From positions 1 through 42,928 of IMG/VR virus record IMGVR_UViG_3300029267_000809: a stretch of 42,928 nucleotides of DNA; one strand, 5' to 3'. Shown one piece after another: positions 1 to 9,588 of the stretch. Source of the DNA: a virus (lineage: Duplodnaviria; Caudoviricetes). The position numbers and the translations under genes are program-made. Each line of letters begins with the position of its first letter. The stretch's first letter is position 1. Below the pieces are notes generated by a model. It searched no databases. It saw only the letters and a program-made list of their open reading frames with translations, and had not been told where the DNA came from.

Positions 1-92
1 GTTCAAATATGATAAAAGATTTCCTGAGTAGATGGGATGGAAATAGGAAATTTTTACAAATTTATAATTGTGTACATACTCTAAATACACTC

Positions 93-121
93 TTGACAAC
101 TTTAATCGTAAGGTGTATTTT
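93..121 (+). promoter_or_regulatory. sigma70-like promoter upstream of terminase
   Basis: TTGACA (93-98), 17 nt spacer, TATTTT (116-121); AT-rich upstream; bracketed by inverted repeat AAATACAC (83-90) / GTGTATTT (113-120). Confidence 0.5.
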
Positions 122-141
122 GGGATCGAAACGGGGATTAC

Positions 142-153
142 ACATAAACGCAA
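142..153 (+). promoter_or_regulatory. ACATAAACGCAA motif, copy 1
   Basis: ATAAACGCAA also occurs at 15685, 25275 and 31313, each near a gene boundary. Confidence 0.5.
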
Positions 154-216
154 GGATTTCAAAGTGGTGTGATTTCCCTCTGAAAGTAAAGGTATATAAG
201 TAGTTAGAGGGCATTT

Positions 217-3075
217 ATGGCTGTTTTACTCGACAAATATGAACCTTCTGGACCGGGAACCTCCAAAAAGGTCAGAAAGCGGAAAAGTAGGGCTAAATCC
301 TCAACCACAGCCCCCGGTGGAGCAATCAAGAACAAAACAGGTGGTAAGCCTGGACGAAAACCAGGGGGAAAGAAAACCCCTGTTGAAGATCCTGATGCAG
401 ATACCAAACCACCACCCAACAAAGCCCTTTTCTCTGTTTCTTCCAGAAAGGGAAAGGGAACCGTACAAAAACGCACTACTTCCAAGAGGGTAGTCAAGAA
501 GGAAGGAACCTACACCACTAAGAAGAAGACACCCACTCCCAAAAAGAAAGCCACTGGTGTTTCCTCTCCAAAGAAGACGGTCAGAAAGAAATCAACTACT
601 GGAACTGGACAAACCACCAAGACCAAAAAGAAAGCGGTAGTCACCTCCCAAAAGAAAACCACGGTTGATCTCACACCAAAACTTACAGCTAAGAAGGTTG
701 GTAGATCCCGTAAGAACACTGGTGAAGATCAGGCATACACCGCAGAACGTCGAGAACATGGATTGCGGGGTATCCGTGCTGCCAACCGATCAGTAAGGGA
801 TATCTTCCCCATCGACTTCACAGGGATCAATTGGGAACGTCGCCTATCCTGCAAGTACGATCTCCAAAAGTTTGGGGACACCTATCTCAATCAGATCTTC
901 TACCTGCCACCCTCTGACGACCACATGGAATGCTGTGACCGAATGCAGACAGTCTTCCTTGAAGGTGGTATGTTTGCACTTGCCATGCCTCGCGGTCAAG
1001 GGAAAACGGCATGGTGTCGAGCATCTATGATCTGGGGAACTGCCTATGCCCACAAAACCTTCCCCTTCTTTGTTGGCTCGATGAAAGACAAGGCGACCCA
1101 AACACTTGAAGCAGTCAAGATGTTTTGGTATCAGTCTCCCGATCTACGACAAGACTTCCCAGAAATAGCAGTACCGATTGTTGCCCTGGAAAATAGATGG
1201 CACTTGGCACAAGGACAACTCTACAACGGCAACCCCACACACATCGAATGGGGAAGTGACACTATCCGCTATCCCTCCCTCTTACTCGATGATGACATTA
1301 TTGAACTCTTCGAGAAAGAAGATCCCGACTACCTCCGATACGTTCCCCACCTCGACCGTAAGGTAGTCAAGTCCTCTGGTATTCTCATCAGAACCAGCGG
1401 TATTGACGGTAGTATCCGTGGTGAAGCAGACGTACACCCTCTTACCCTGGAACAACCAAGACCAGACGTTGTACTCTTGGACGACATCCAAAAGGACCAA
1501 AAGGCGGAATCACCCACAAGTTGTGAAAAGATTGTGAGACTCATTGACGGTGCTATTGCCGGTCTAGCAGGACCGGACAAGATGATCTCTTGCATCATGC
1601 CCTGCACAGTCATTCGAGAGGATGATGTATCCGATACCTACCTCGATCCAGACAAGAAACCGGAATGGAATGGTAAACGCTGCTCAATGGTCACCAGTTG
1701 GCCCGAAGGAATGGACGACTACATTATCGACATCGAATCGGTAACAGGAGGGCATTGGATCAGATACCAGGAACTTCGCAAACAATCACTCAGACAATTC
1801 AAGGACATCCGATTAGCAACGGAATACTACAAGGATAACCAGGAAGTCATGGACGATGGATTCGTCTGCTCCTGGGATCAACGCTACAACAAAGATCCCA
1901 AACTCAAAGGGAACATCGAGATCTCGGCACAGCAGAACGCGATGAACAAGCGATTCACCGCACCTGCCACCTTCCCTGCCGAATTCCAGAACAATCCAAA
2001 GAACCTCGATGAAAACCAACTGATCCTGTTAACTCCCGCCCAAGTTGCAGAAAGGACTATCGCAGTCCCCCGATCAGTTCCACCCATCGATGCCACCAAG
2101 ATTGTCTGTCACATCGACGTTCAGAATGAAGTCTTGTTCTACACCCTCTTTGCTTTCAAAAACGACTACACAGGTGTCTTCATCGAGTACGACACCTTTC
2201 CCAGCTACAGAACACGCTACTTCTCAAAATCCATGACACAAGGCTGGATGGGACTCTCAAGGCTATTCTTTGAGGATTACCCCCAACACAGGAACCTTGG
2301 AGAACGACACAACAACGGTAAACTCGCAGCACCCCTTGAGGCCAAGATCTACCATGCCCTGGACAAACTAACTACCCAACTTCTTTCCAGAAAGTTCACG
2401 AAGCAGGACCAACACCAATCCTTCCTGATGATTAACAAGATCGGGATTGATACCCAATGGGGTAAGACCAATGACGTAATCAGAAGATTCATTCGAGAGA
2501 AAGGAGATCCACGAATCATACCGATGCACGGTGAGGGTATCGGACCACATCAAAAGCAGTATGAGGAATACAACCCCACCAAGGGTTGGTTATTCGAGCA
2601 TCAGTTACACCCCAATGTGGAAGAGTCCAAGTGGTTAACCAAACCAAACAATGATGGACTCACACACATGGCAATGGATGTCAACCGCTTAAAATCATTC
2701 CTCTTCGTTCGTCTTGCTTCACCGGCAGGAACATCGGGAGCAATCTATCTCCATGAGGGAGATCCAGCAAGACACGAAATGTTTGCCGATCATGTTGCCG
2801 GATCAGAAGAACCTGAAATCGATTACCGCAAAGGAAGACAAGGTTATCGATCTAAGGAACTATGGGTACACAAGGAAACCAGACCAGACAATGACTATCT
2901 CGATAACTGTGTCGGTTGTCTTGCACTGGCATCCCTGGAAGGTGCAACACTCCGTACACCGGAATCAATGGATAAGCCGATAGCACCACCAGCACCCAAA
3001 CGCAAACTTTCAGACATTTACGCAGCAAAACAGGAAGCACGGCGATCCCGTCGTCAACCAGTCAGACCGATGTAA
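217..3075 (+). CDS. terL: phage terminase large subunit (GpA-like) with ~170 aa Lys-rich N-terminal extension
   Basis: Walker A MPRGQGKT, Walker B VVLLDDIQ, C-terminal nuclease motifs (HIDVQ, GIDTQW, DNDYLD); upstream of head genes. Confidence 0.9.
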   Translation: MAVLLDKYEPSGPGTSKKVRKRKSRAKSSTTAPGGAIKNKTGGKPGRKPGGKKTPVEDPDADTKPPPNKALFSVSSRKGKGTVQKRTTSKRVVKKEGTYTTKKKTPTPKKKATGVSSPKKTVRKKSTTGTGQTTKTKKKAVVTSQKKTTVDLTPKLTAKKVGRSRKNTGEDQAYTAERREHGLRGIRAANRSVRDIFPIDFTGINWERRLSCKYDLQKFGDTYLNQIFYLPPSDDHMECCDRMQTVFLEGGMFALAMPRGQGKTAWCRASMIWGTAYAHKTFPFFVGSMKDKATQTLEAVKMFWYQSPDLRQDFPEIAVPIVALENRWHLAQGQLYNGNPTHIEWGSDTIRYPSLLLDDDIIELFEKEDPDYLRYVPHLDRKVVKSSGILIRTSGIDGSIRGEADVHPLTLEQPRPDVVLLDDIQKDQKAESPTSCEKIVRLIDGAIAGLAGPDKMISCIMPCTVIREDDVSDTYLDPDKKPEWNGKRCSMVTSWPEGMDDYIIDIESVTGGHWIRYQELRKQSLRQFKDIRLATEYYKDNQEVMDDGFVCSWDQRYNKDPKLKGNIEISAQQNAMNKRFTAPATFPAEFQNNPKNLDENQLILLTPAQVAERTIAVPRSVPPIDATKIVCHIDVQNEVLFYTLFAFKNDYTGVFIEYDTFPSYRTRYFSKSMTQGWMGLSRLFFEDYPQHRNLGERHNNGKLAAPLEAKIYHALDKLTTQLLSRKFTKQDQHQSFLMINKIGIDTQWGKTNDVIRRFIREKGDPRIIPMHGEGIGPHQKQYEEYNPTKGWLFEHQLHPNVEESKWLTKPNNDGLTHMAMDVNRLKSFLFVRLASPAGTSGAIYLHEGDPARHEMFADHVAGSEEPEIDYRKGRQGYRSKELWVHKETRPDNDYLDNCVGCLALASLEGATLRTPESMDKPIAPPAPKRKLSDIYAAKQEARRSRRQPVRPM

Positions 3076-3159
3076 GAGACCAAGGATTCTTCGATTTCTT
3101 ACGAAATACAAAGAGACCAAGGAAACTCCCATCTTAGATAAGATGAAAGAGAGGGCTTT

Positions 3160-3252
3160 ATGTTAGAAAACATCTTTCTACTTGGGATACTTACTGTTTG
3201 GATTGTTTGGACAATTATTCTCATAGCTTTCCCACCAAGGAAAGGGAGGTGA
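3160..3252 (+). CDS. 30 aa membrane peptide (not in ORF track)
   Basis: MLENIFLLGILTVWIVWTIILIAFPPRKGR; GAGAGGG RBS upstream; stop abuts next ATG. Confidence 0.55.
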   Translation: MLENIFLLGILTVWIVWTIILIAFPPRKGR

Positions 3253-3253
3253 A

Positions 3254-3532
3254 ATGTCCTTACGATGTCCCCAATGCTTTAGTCAATTCAGTAAAGTAAC
3301 CCACACCTATACCAATACCGTAAGCTACAAAGGGAGAACCAAAACAGTCGTATTGCGAAGACGCAAGTGCAAACATTGCGGTACGGCATACAAGGCAGTC
3401 GAGACATTGGAGGAAGACATCATACAAGATGCCGTTGATCCAATCCTCGACCTGATAGATCAACAGAAGGAAGTGAACCCTTACGTTCCACCTCCACCAA
3501 AACCAGATAATCCTTTTATTCCAGAAAGGTAG
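3254..3532 (+). CDS. zinc-ribbon protein (NrdR N-terminal / Ogr-Delta-like), putative regulator
   Basis: CPQC...RRRKCKHCG pattern; GGAGG RBS. Confidence 0.7.
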   Translation: MSLRCPQCFSQFSKVTHTYTNTVSYKGRTKTVVLRRRKCKHCGTAYKAVETLEEDIIQDAVDPILDLIDQQKEVNPYVPPPPKPDNPFIPER

Positions 3533-3536
3533 ACTT

Positions 3537-3607
3537 CCAATATTAAAATATTGATAGGTCTTAGTATCACAGATACCTCGCACTCCCAATATTAAAATAT
3601 TGATAGG
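3537..3607. repeat. 22 bp direct repeat containing palindrome CAATATT-AA-AATATTG
   Basis: CCAATATTAAAATATTGATAGG at 3537-3558 and 3586-3607, intergenic. Confidence 0.85.
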
Positions 3608-3629
3608 GTCTATCATTGATCCCTGTTGA
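3601..3629 (+). promoter_or_regulatory. palindromic TGATAG-N3-CTATCA element, copy 1 (putative late-gene control site)
   Basis: 26/29 identical to 11112-11140; both lie upstream of head genes. Confidence 0.65.
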
Positions 3630-3695
3630 TCTTTGCTGTAATTATTTAGAAACTTACGAGTGATTCTACTTGCTTGAACTCAATGGAGAACAGAT

Positions 3696-3902
3696 ATGTC
3701 GGATGAAATTACTGATGCCAACATTTCCGATATGGCAAAGAGTCCCAAACGGGTAACCACCGAAGAGGGAACAATGGTTGAGCGATCCATTCAAGACATC
3801 CTAGCTGCCGAAAAGTTTCTTGGAGCTAAGGAAGGTCTTGAAGCTGGACCCCCTTATGGTCTTCGTATAGCCAAGATGAAGTTCCCTGGTTCAACCGGAT
3901 AA
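3696..3902 (+). CDS. gpW-like head-to-tail adaptor
   Basis: 68 aa, PKRVTTEEGTMVERSIQDILAAEKFL pattern, between terminase and portal; GGAG RBS. Confidence 0.65.
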   Translation: MSDEITDANISDMAKSPKRVTTEEGTMVERSIQDILAAEKFLGAKEGLEAGPPYGLRIAKMKFPGSTG

Positions 3903-3990
3903 TATATGAATTCTTACGAGTCAGACACTATCCCCTGCCATGACCAATACGGCAGGATACCAAAATTCCAACCACCAAAGGAATCTAATC

Positions 3991-4362
3991 ATGGCAGGTA
4001 CAGTCGCAATCGTTGCATCTATCAAGGTAGACAACGGAAACCTCGCTTTCCCCAAACGTCAAGTTTCCATTTCAAACCTCGTCCAAGATGCGGTAGGGGG
4101 TCCATCCCCCGGCACGGTTACAATCGGGACTTCGGAGATAGACGTAGATCTCAGTGAACTCACTACCGAAGGGTGGGTACTGATGATTAACACAGACTCC
4201 GACAACTATGTTGATTGGGGTGCAAAGGATACGACCATGAAACCTATCGGTCGTATGGAAGCAGGGGAACCTGCCCTCTTCCGTATGTATCCAGGTGCTA
4301 CCCTTCGGATGCAAGCCAACACAGCAGCATGTAAAGTTGAAATCTACGCTTTTGAAGACTGA
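3991..4362 (+). CDS. small beta-rich hypothetical (probable virion) protein
   Basis: ORF 3940-4362; ATG 3991 preferred because AAAGGA precedes it. Confidence 0.6.
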   Translation: MAGTVAIVASIKVDNGNLAFPKRQVSISNLVQDAVGGPSPGTVTIGTSEIDVDLSELTTEGWVLMINTDSDNYVDWGAKDTTMKPIGRMEAGEPALFRMYPGATLRMQANTAACKVEIYAFED

Positions 4363-4432
4363 TGGAACTTACCACCTTTATCCTCTTCGGAATCCTAATT
4401 TTGCACCTTCTCTTATCGAAGGGTACTTAATT

Positions 4433-7400
4433 ATGCACAAGTTAATCCTTACAATCCTTCTTCTAATACCATCCACCCTCTTTGCCCAAGGATTCAATCT
4501 CTGGCAAGTGGATGGTTCAGGATCGGGTATTAAACCCGTCAACAATAAAAACCTCACCCTTGCAGCAGACAACCAATCGATTACCTTCGGTGCTGGTTCT
4601 GATGCTTCTGTCACTTGGGATGCTTCCAAGCTACTCTTCTCCGGTGGACCTGTCCAATACACAGACTCTACCGATACCATCAATATGTTTGGTAGTTACG
4701 GATTCGACGTAACCACTGATGGTAGTAAGATGGCAGCATGGTTAACGGATGGAACTTATCAAGTCTATCTAGCTGACTCTGCGGATACGGGGCGGGCTAT
4801 CTATACAATCGGTTCAGTTGAATTTACCAACGGAAATTTTACTTCGCTGCTCGGCGACGATTCGGCATTCTACGGCAGCGATGGAACCTATACCGCATAC
4901 ATTGTAGATCCGAATAATTCCAGAGCAGCGACTTTTGAAGACACGAGCGGTGTTCAGGTTCATCTATGCGATGGCGGGTCAGCATCGTATTTCACTGATG
5001 GAACGCGACAGGGGTATATCGCATCCGGCACTTATGCCGGGCATTTTGAAGATGGGACAACGTCGGTCTATATTGGCGACGGCACGTATGCGGCGATCTT
5101 TGACGGGGGCAACGTCGGTATCGGGACTTCTACACCTGACGCATACCTAACCGTTGTTGGTTCATCCTTCCCGGTCATAGAGATGCAGCGGACTACTGCG
5201 GTAGCGAGCTACGCTACGGGAATGGACGCTATCAACAAGCGGACGACAGGGGTAGCGTTTAGTGATTCTGACGGGGCTTCGATGACGTTCAGTCTACAAA
5301 CGAACGCTGATGTTCATACCTTCCTTGGGCAAGTAGGGGCGAAGCGGGACGGGGCGGATAATACCGGCAAACTCTACCTCCAAGCTAGGAACGCTGGACT
5401 ATGGGGCGACCCCGTAGTGATTGATAAAGATGGCGGGCTAGGTATCGGAACCGCTGCGCCTACTCAGCCGTTTGAACTTTACTCGAATGATACGGCGAAT
5501 CTAAAGGCGAGGATCAACCACGACAACGCTACCGGCGACCCACTGCTCTACTGGTCTACGAACACTACGAACTGGGCAGTCGGTATAGACAACAGCGATA
5601 ACGATAACTTCGAGATCAACCCCCTAACGAACATGGCGAACGGAGTCTTCGTTATCCAGACAGATGGTAACGTCGGTATCGGAACGCAATCGCCTGATGA
5701 ACTGCTTCACGTCTCCAATGACGGCGACGTTTACGCGAAGGTCGAAGCGACTACCGGAAGTGGGCAGATCGCTGGCGTTAAATTACAGCGAGGCATCTGG
5801 CAAAACGACGTTTATACTGACTACTCGATTTCCAACGACACGGGGGTGTTCACAATTACGCGGTACGCTTCCGGTGCGTCTGTGGATCGATTTGCGATTC
5901 TCGATGACGGTGATGCTTGGTTTGGTGGCTTTCTCGGTGTCAATGGCGAAACATCGCCATCGTCGCCGCTTCACGTTTCGCAAAATGATAGTGAAGTCGG
6001 CGGGGCGGTTGGGCTAACAATTGAGCAAAACGGATTAGGCGATTCAACGGTCAATTTCCTATTGCCGGGAATCACTCGCTGGCAGATGGGAATTGATAAT
6101 TCCGATTCCGACAAATTCAAAATCTCGCCAAGCGTGAACGTCGGCGTCGATCCCGCGATAACGATAGACACGGCGGGCAACGTCGGTATCAACCACAACA
6201 ACCCGCAACGCATCCTTCACATTCACGAGGATAGCGGAGGCGAAGCGCTAACGCAGTACACAAACGACACCACCGGAAGCACTAATACCGATGGGGTGGT
6301 GGTCGGCTTGAACGTCAGTGAAGGCGCGCAGATTTGGAATTTTGAAAGCGACTATTTCCGCGTCGGAACCAGCAACACCGAAAGGATGCGAATCACTTCA
6401 GGCGGAACGCTTTTGATCGGCACGACGACCGGAACAGGGTCAAGCGATAAAGCGATTGTTTTCGGCGACAACAGCAGCGATGTGACGCCGGGCTCTAACA
6501 CGTCTGCGATCTACGGCAAAGATGTCTCTGGAACCGTCGAAGTGTTTGTTGCCGATGAAGCGGGCAACGCAACCCAGATTTCGCCGCACAACTTCACTAA
6601 TTACACACCAAGAGCCGATGACACTTTTCCTTGGTCATACCACTCTCGTAATGAATACCTTGGTGTTGAACGCTCAGTTGATATCTCAGGTGCAATCCTT
6701 GCCCTGGAAGAACTCACCGGCAAGACATTCATCCACGATAAACAGATTCCCAAAAAGGATTGGCAACTCACTAAACGTGAACAACTTATTACCAGAAGAA
6801 TGCAAACCAAGAAGATTGTAGACAAGGCAGAAGCAATCGAACTACTCGATACCGAAGAAACTGTTAATACAGTTGTTGAAGTCACCATCGCTGACGCTTT
6901 CGACCTACAAGATATCTGGACGGATACCCACACCGTACAGCAAGTAGTTCCTACTGAGGAAGCATTACAAACAGTCGATGATGGAACCGAGAATGTTCCC
7001 CTTGCTCAAGCCTTTGAATCTATTGAGATTATGGAACGGGTGGAAGACGGAACAACCACTGAACACTTCTATGAGATGGACGATCAGGGTGTGATGAAAG
7101 TCCATACCAAAGAAGTCCCACAATTCAAAGAACAAGGTACTGGTGAATTCCGCAAACAACTCAAGAGTGGGGTAACCTTCAATCCTGAAACTGGTAAGTT
7201 TGTCCGTAACAAAACCAAAGAAGTTATGAAGGATGGAATCCTAAAAGCTAAGGATGGAACCTATTACCAACTGGTAGAAGAGAAGATTACTGATGGAACC
7301 TTCACAACCACCTACGATTACCAGGAAGACGATCAGGGACAGATCCAGGTAGTTGAAGTACAGACACCCAACTACATCGAAGTCAAAACTGGACAAAAAC

Positions 7401-7633
7401 GCAAGGTACTCAAAGAGGGAGTCAACTTCAATCCTGAAACTGGCAAGTTCGAGAAACTTGAAACTCAAACAGTTATCGTTCAGGTTGAACAACTCAAAGA
7501 AGGTTACTGGCAGGAAGATGATAAATTCTTCCGTAACAAGACAAGGGAAGAAGCAATTGCCTCAATCAAACAGGGCGACGTTAAGCAACCTCCCAAGTGG
7601 ATCAAAGACCGCCTAGCGGCAAGGAGTGAGTAA
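4433..7633 (+). CDS. tail-fibre/spike-like beta-repeat protein with N-terminal signal-peptide-like segment
   Basis: Start MHKLILTILLLIPSTLFAQ at ATG 4433; repeated GNVGIG motifs; duplicated GIDNSD unit; duplicated C-terminal unit (FNPETGKF). Confidence 0.7.
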   Translation: MHKLILTILLLIPSTLFAQGFNLWQVDGSGSGIKPVNNKNLTLAADNQSITFGAGSDASVTWDASKLLFSGGPVQYTDSTDTINMFGSYGFDVTTDGSKMAAWLTDGTYQVYLADSADTGRAIYTIGSVEFTNGNFTSLLGDDSAFYGSDGTYTAYIVDPNNSRAATFEDTSGVQVHLCDGGSASYFTDGTRQGYIASGTYAGHFEDGTTSVYIGDGTYAAIFDGGNVGIGTSTPDAYLTVVGSSFPVIEMQRTTAVASYATGMDAINKRTTGVAFSDSDGASMTFSLQTNADVHTFLGQVGAKRDGADNTGKLYLQARNAGLWGDPVVIDKDGGLGIGTAAPTQPFELYSNDTANLKARINHDNATGDPLLYWSTNTTNWAVGIDNSDNDNFEINPLTNMANGVFVIQTDGNVGIGTQSPDELLHVSNDGDVYAKVEATTGSGQIAGVKLQRGIWQNDVYTDYSISNDTGVFTITRYASGASVDRFAILDDGDAWFGGFLGVNGETSPSSPLHVSQNDSEVGGAVGLTIEQNGLGDSTVNFLLPGITRWQMGIDNSDSDKFKISPSVNVGVDPAITIDTAGNVGINHNNPQRILHIHEDSGGEALTQYTNDTTGSTNTDGVVVGLNVSEGAQIWNFESDYFRVGTSNTERMRITSGGTLLIGTTTGTGSSDKAIVFGDNSSDVTPGSNTSAIYGKDVSGTVEVFVADEAGNATQISPHNFTNYTPRADDTFPWSYHSRNEYLGVERSVDISGAILALEELTGKTFIHDKQIPKKDWQLTKREQLITRRMQTKKIVDKAEAIELLDTEETVNTVVEVTIADAFDLQDIWTDTHTVQQVVPTEEALQTVDDGTENVPLAQAFESIEIMERVEDGTTTEHFYEMDDQGVMKVHTKEVPQFKEQGTGEFRKQLKSGVTFNPETGKFVRNKTKEVMKDGILKAKDGTYYQLVEEKITDGTFTTTYDYQEDDQGQIQVVEVQTPNYIEVKTGQKRKVLKEGVNFNPETGKFEKLETQTVIVQVEQLKEGYWQEDDKFFRNKTREEAIASIKQGDVKQPPKWIKDRLAARSE

Positions 7634-8731
7634 ATGAGATACCTACTGATTTTAATTCTCTGTTTCTTTTCCAGAATAAGTCTGGGACAACCATCAGACT
7701 TCCTAATCGAAGTTGCCAAGGGAAATGTTTCAGGACATCGAGTTATCAATAAGTTTGGTAACAATCCCGATGTGGATACCAATACCGATCCCGAAGACGT
7801 TTGGGGTGGTGGAGGCATCTACGCTTTCTTCTATACCACTAATCAGACCGTTGAAGCGGTCAGTACCGAAACAACCGATGTAGGAACTACGGTATCCTCT
7901 GGAACAGCTACAGGAGGCAGTACAACAACTCTGATTGATACTTCTGCCAAGTTTGAAGATGATTCCGTAGCAGTCGGTGATGTGGTTATCAACGATACCA
8001 CAGGTGAGCTAGGTTTTGTAACAGCTATTGATTCACAGACTCAACTCACTCATTCCACGATGAAGAATACTTCCTCGATGGACCCTTCCACCACAGATAA
8101 TACCCTCGGACATACTTACCGAATAGGCCGATCAACTGGAACAGGTGTAGGTGTCTTCCATGTGGAAGGATTAGCAGCAGACGGTAATGGAGATTGGAAT
8201 GTTCAAACGGAAACAGTCATTCTTAACGGTACAACTGATGTAGAACTTAATAAACAATTCCTACGTCTTTATCGAGCATTTGGTGTTCATGCCGGTAGTT
8301 CCGATACCAATGACGGGAACTTGACAGTCGATGATGATTCAGATGGAACAGTTGGGATCTATATCGTTGCTGGTGATGGGCAAACCCAACAATCTATTTT
8401 TACAATCCCCTCTGGACATAAAGGATACTTTATTGATTACTCAGTAGGAACTACCAATACGGGTTCTGCAACAGCCGGTTATGCTGACTTTACTTGGCAA
8501 GCAAGACACAACAATGGTGCTTCCGGTCCTTGGCTTGTCAAAGGAAAGATTGAATTAGTTACTACTGGTTCTGGATCGTACACAAGAAAGTATCCAATAC
8601 CACCTGGGCTATCACCAAAGACAGATATCAAAATCAATTGTGGTGAAGTCTCTCGAAACGATATGGGTGTTGTAGGTACGATTAGTGTATTGCTTGTTAA
8701 AGATGGTCACTCCAAACCAGTCTGGAAATAA
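7634..8731 (+). CDS. Gly/Thr/Ser-rich beta protein with signal-peptide-like N-terminus
   Basis: MRYLLILILCFFSRISLGQ; SGTATGGSTTTLIDTS motif typical of phage virion proteins; abuts previous stop. Confidence 0.65.
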   Translation: MRYLLILILCFFSRISLGQPSDFLIEVAKGNVSGHRVINKFGNNPDVDTNTDPEDVWGGGGIYAFFYTTNQTVEAVSTETTDVGTTVSSGTATGGSTTTLIDTSAKFEDDSVAVGDVVINDTTGELGFVTAIDSQTQLTHSTMKNTSSMDPSTTDNTLGHTYRIGRSTGTGVGVFHVEGLAADGNGDWNVQTETVILNGTTDVELNKQFLRLYRAFGVHAGSSDTNDGNLTVDDDSDGTVGIYIVAGDGQTQQSIFTIPSGHKGYFIDYSVGTTNTGSATAGYADFTWQARHNNGASGPWLVKGKIELVTTGSGSYTRKYPIPPGLSPKTDIKINCGEVSRNDMGVVGTISVLLVKDGHSKPVWK

Positions 8732-8733
8732 TC

Positions 8734-9588
8734 ATGGCAACTACCCCACTCGAATTTCGATGGTTCACAGGACAAGAGGGAAGTCTGCTCGTAGACCTTT
8801 ACGATATAGACGACAACTCCCTTGCTTCCGATCTATCACCATCTGAATTAACCAATGGTAAGGGTCGCTACCAAGTAGATTACACAGGTTCCTACGAGGG
8901 GCATGTAGTAATGATCCGTAAGCATGGTAGTGACTTCCTGGAACCAATTGACTACTCCATCGCAGACAATACCACCATCCATTTCCCAATCACCATCCAA
9001 GCTGCCCTCGATACTGTTAACGGTGGTTCTGGACTCAGCCTTGTTACCATCACAGTCAATGATGGTGTTGATCCTGTTGTTGGTGCGACTGTCATTGCTA
9101 CCTTGGGTGCTACCAGGAAGGAAGCAACTACTAACGCTTCTGGTATTGCCTACCTCTGGTTAGATGATGCTAGTTGGACAATCGGTATTACCAAGAACGG
9201 TTTCGAGGATCACACAGCAACCCTGGTTGTGAGTGGTGCAACCTCACAAACCTATTCCCTGACTGGTAGTAGTATTAGTCCATCAGAGGCGGGTAAAACC
9301 ACTGTCTTCTTCTACACCTACAACGAAAAAGGTGTGAAGACAGGTAGTATCAGCGTTGATATGAGGATTTTCAAAGCCTATTCATCCAGCACTGGTTCTT
9401 ACGATTCCAAGATACGCACAGAAATAAGTGATGCTTCAACAGCAATTGTTGAATTCACCAACTGCTTCAAGGGAGCAACCTACGAGGTTCGCCGTGGTTC
9501 TGATTGTAAGTGGACTAAGGTAGTTATCTCTGCCGATGCTGGTGCAACCACCGAACTCCCTGATCCCTTCATAGGAATAGACGAATGA
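8734..9588 (+). CDS. beta-sandwich (carboxypeptidase-regulatory-like) domain protein, probable virion accessory
   Basis: VTITVNDGVDPVVGATV...TTNASGIA...ITKNGF pattern; stop overlaps portal start (ATGA). Confidence 0.6.
   Translation: MATTPLEFRWFTGQEGSLLVDLYDIDDNSLASDLSPSELTNGKGRYQVDYTGSYEGHVVMIRKHGSDFLEPIDYSIADNTTIHFPITIQAALDTVNGGSGLSLVTITVNDGVDPVVGATVIATLGATRKEATTNASGIAYLWLDDASWTIGITKNGFEDHTATLVVSGATSQTYSLTGSSISPSEAGKTTVFFYTYNEKGVKTGSISVDMRIFKAYSSSTGSYDSKIRTEISDASTAIVEFTNCFKGATYEVRRGSDCKWTKVVISADAGATTELPDPFIGIDE

Noticed and set aside
3601-3615. Resemblance to tet operator half-sites (CTATCA/TGATAG)
   Set aside because: Half-sites are in the opposite order with different spacing, and no TetR gene is present.
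4295-4432. Tracked upstream start of the 1112 aa ORF
   Set aside because: It overlaps the previous gene; ATG 4433 has a plausible RBS and begins a signal-like peptide.
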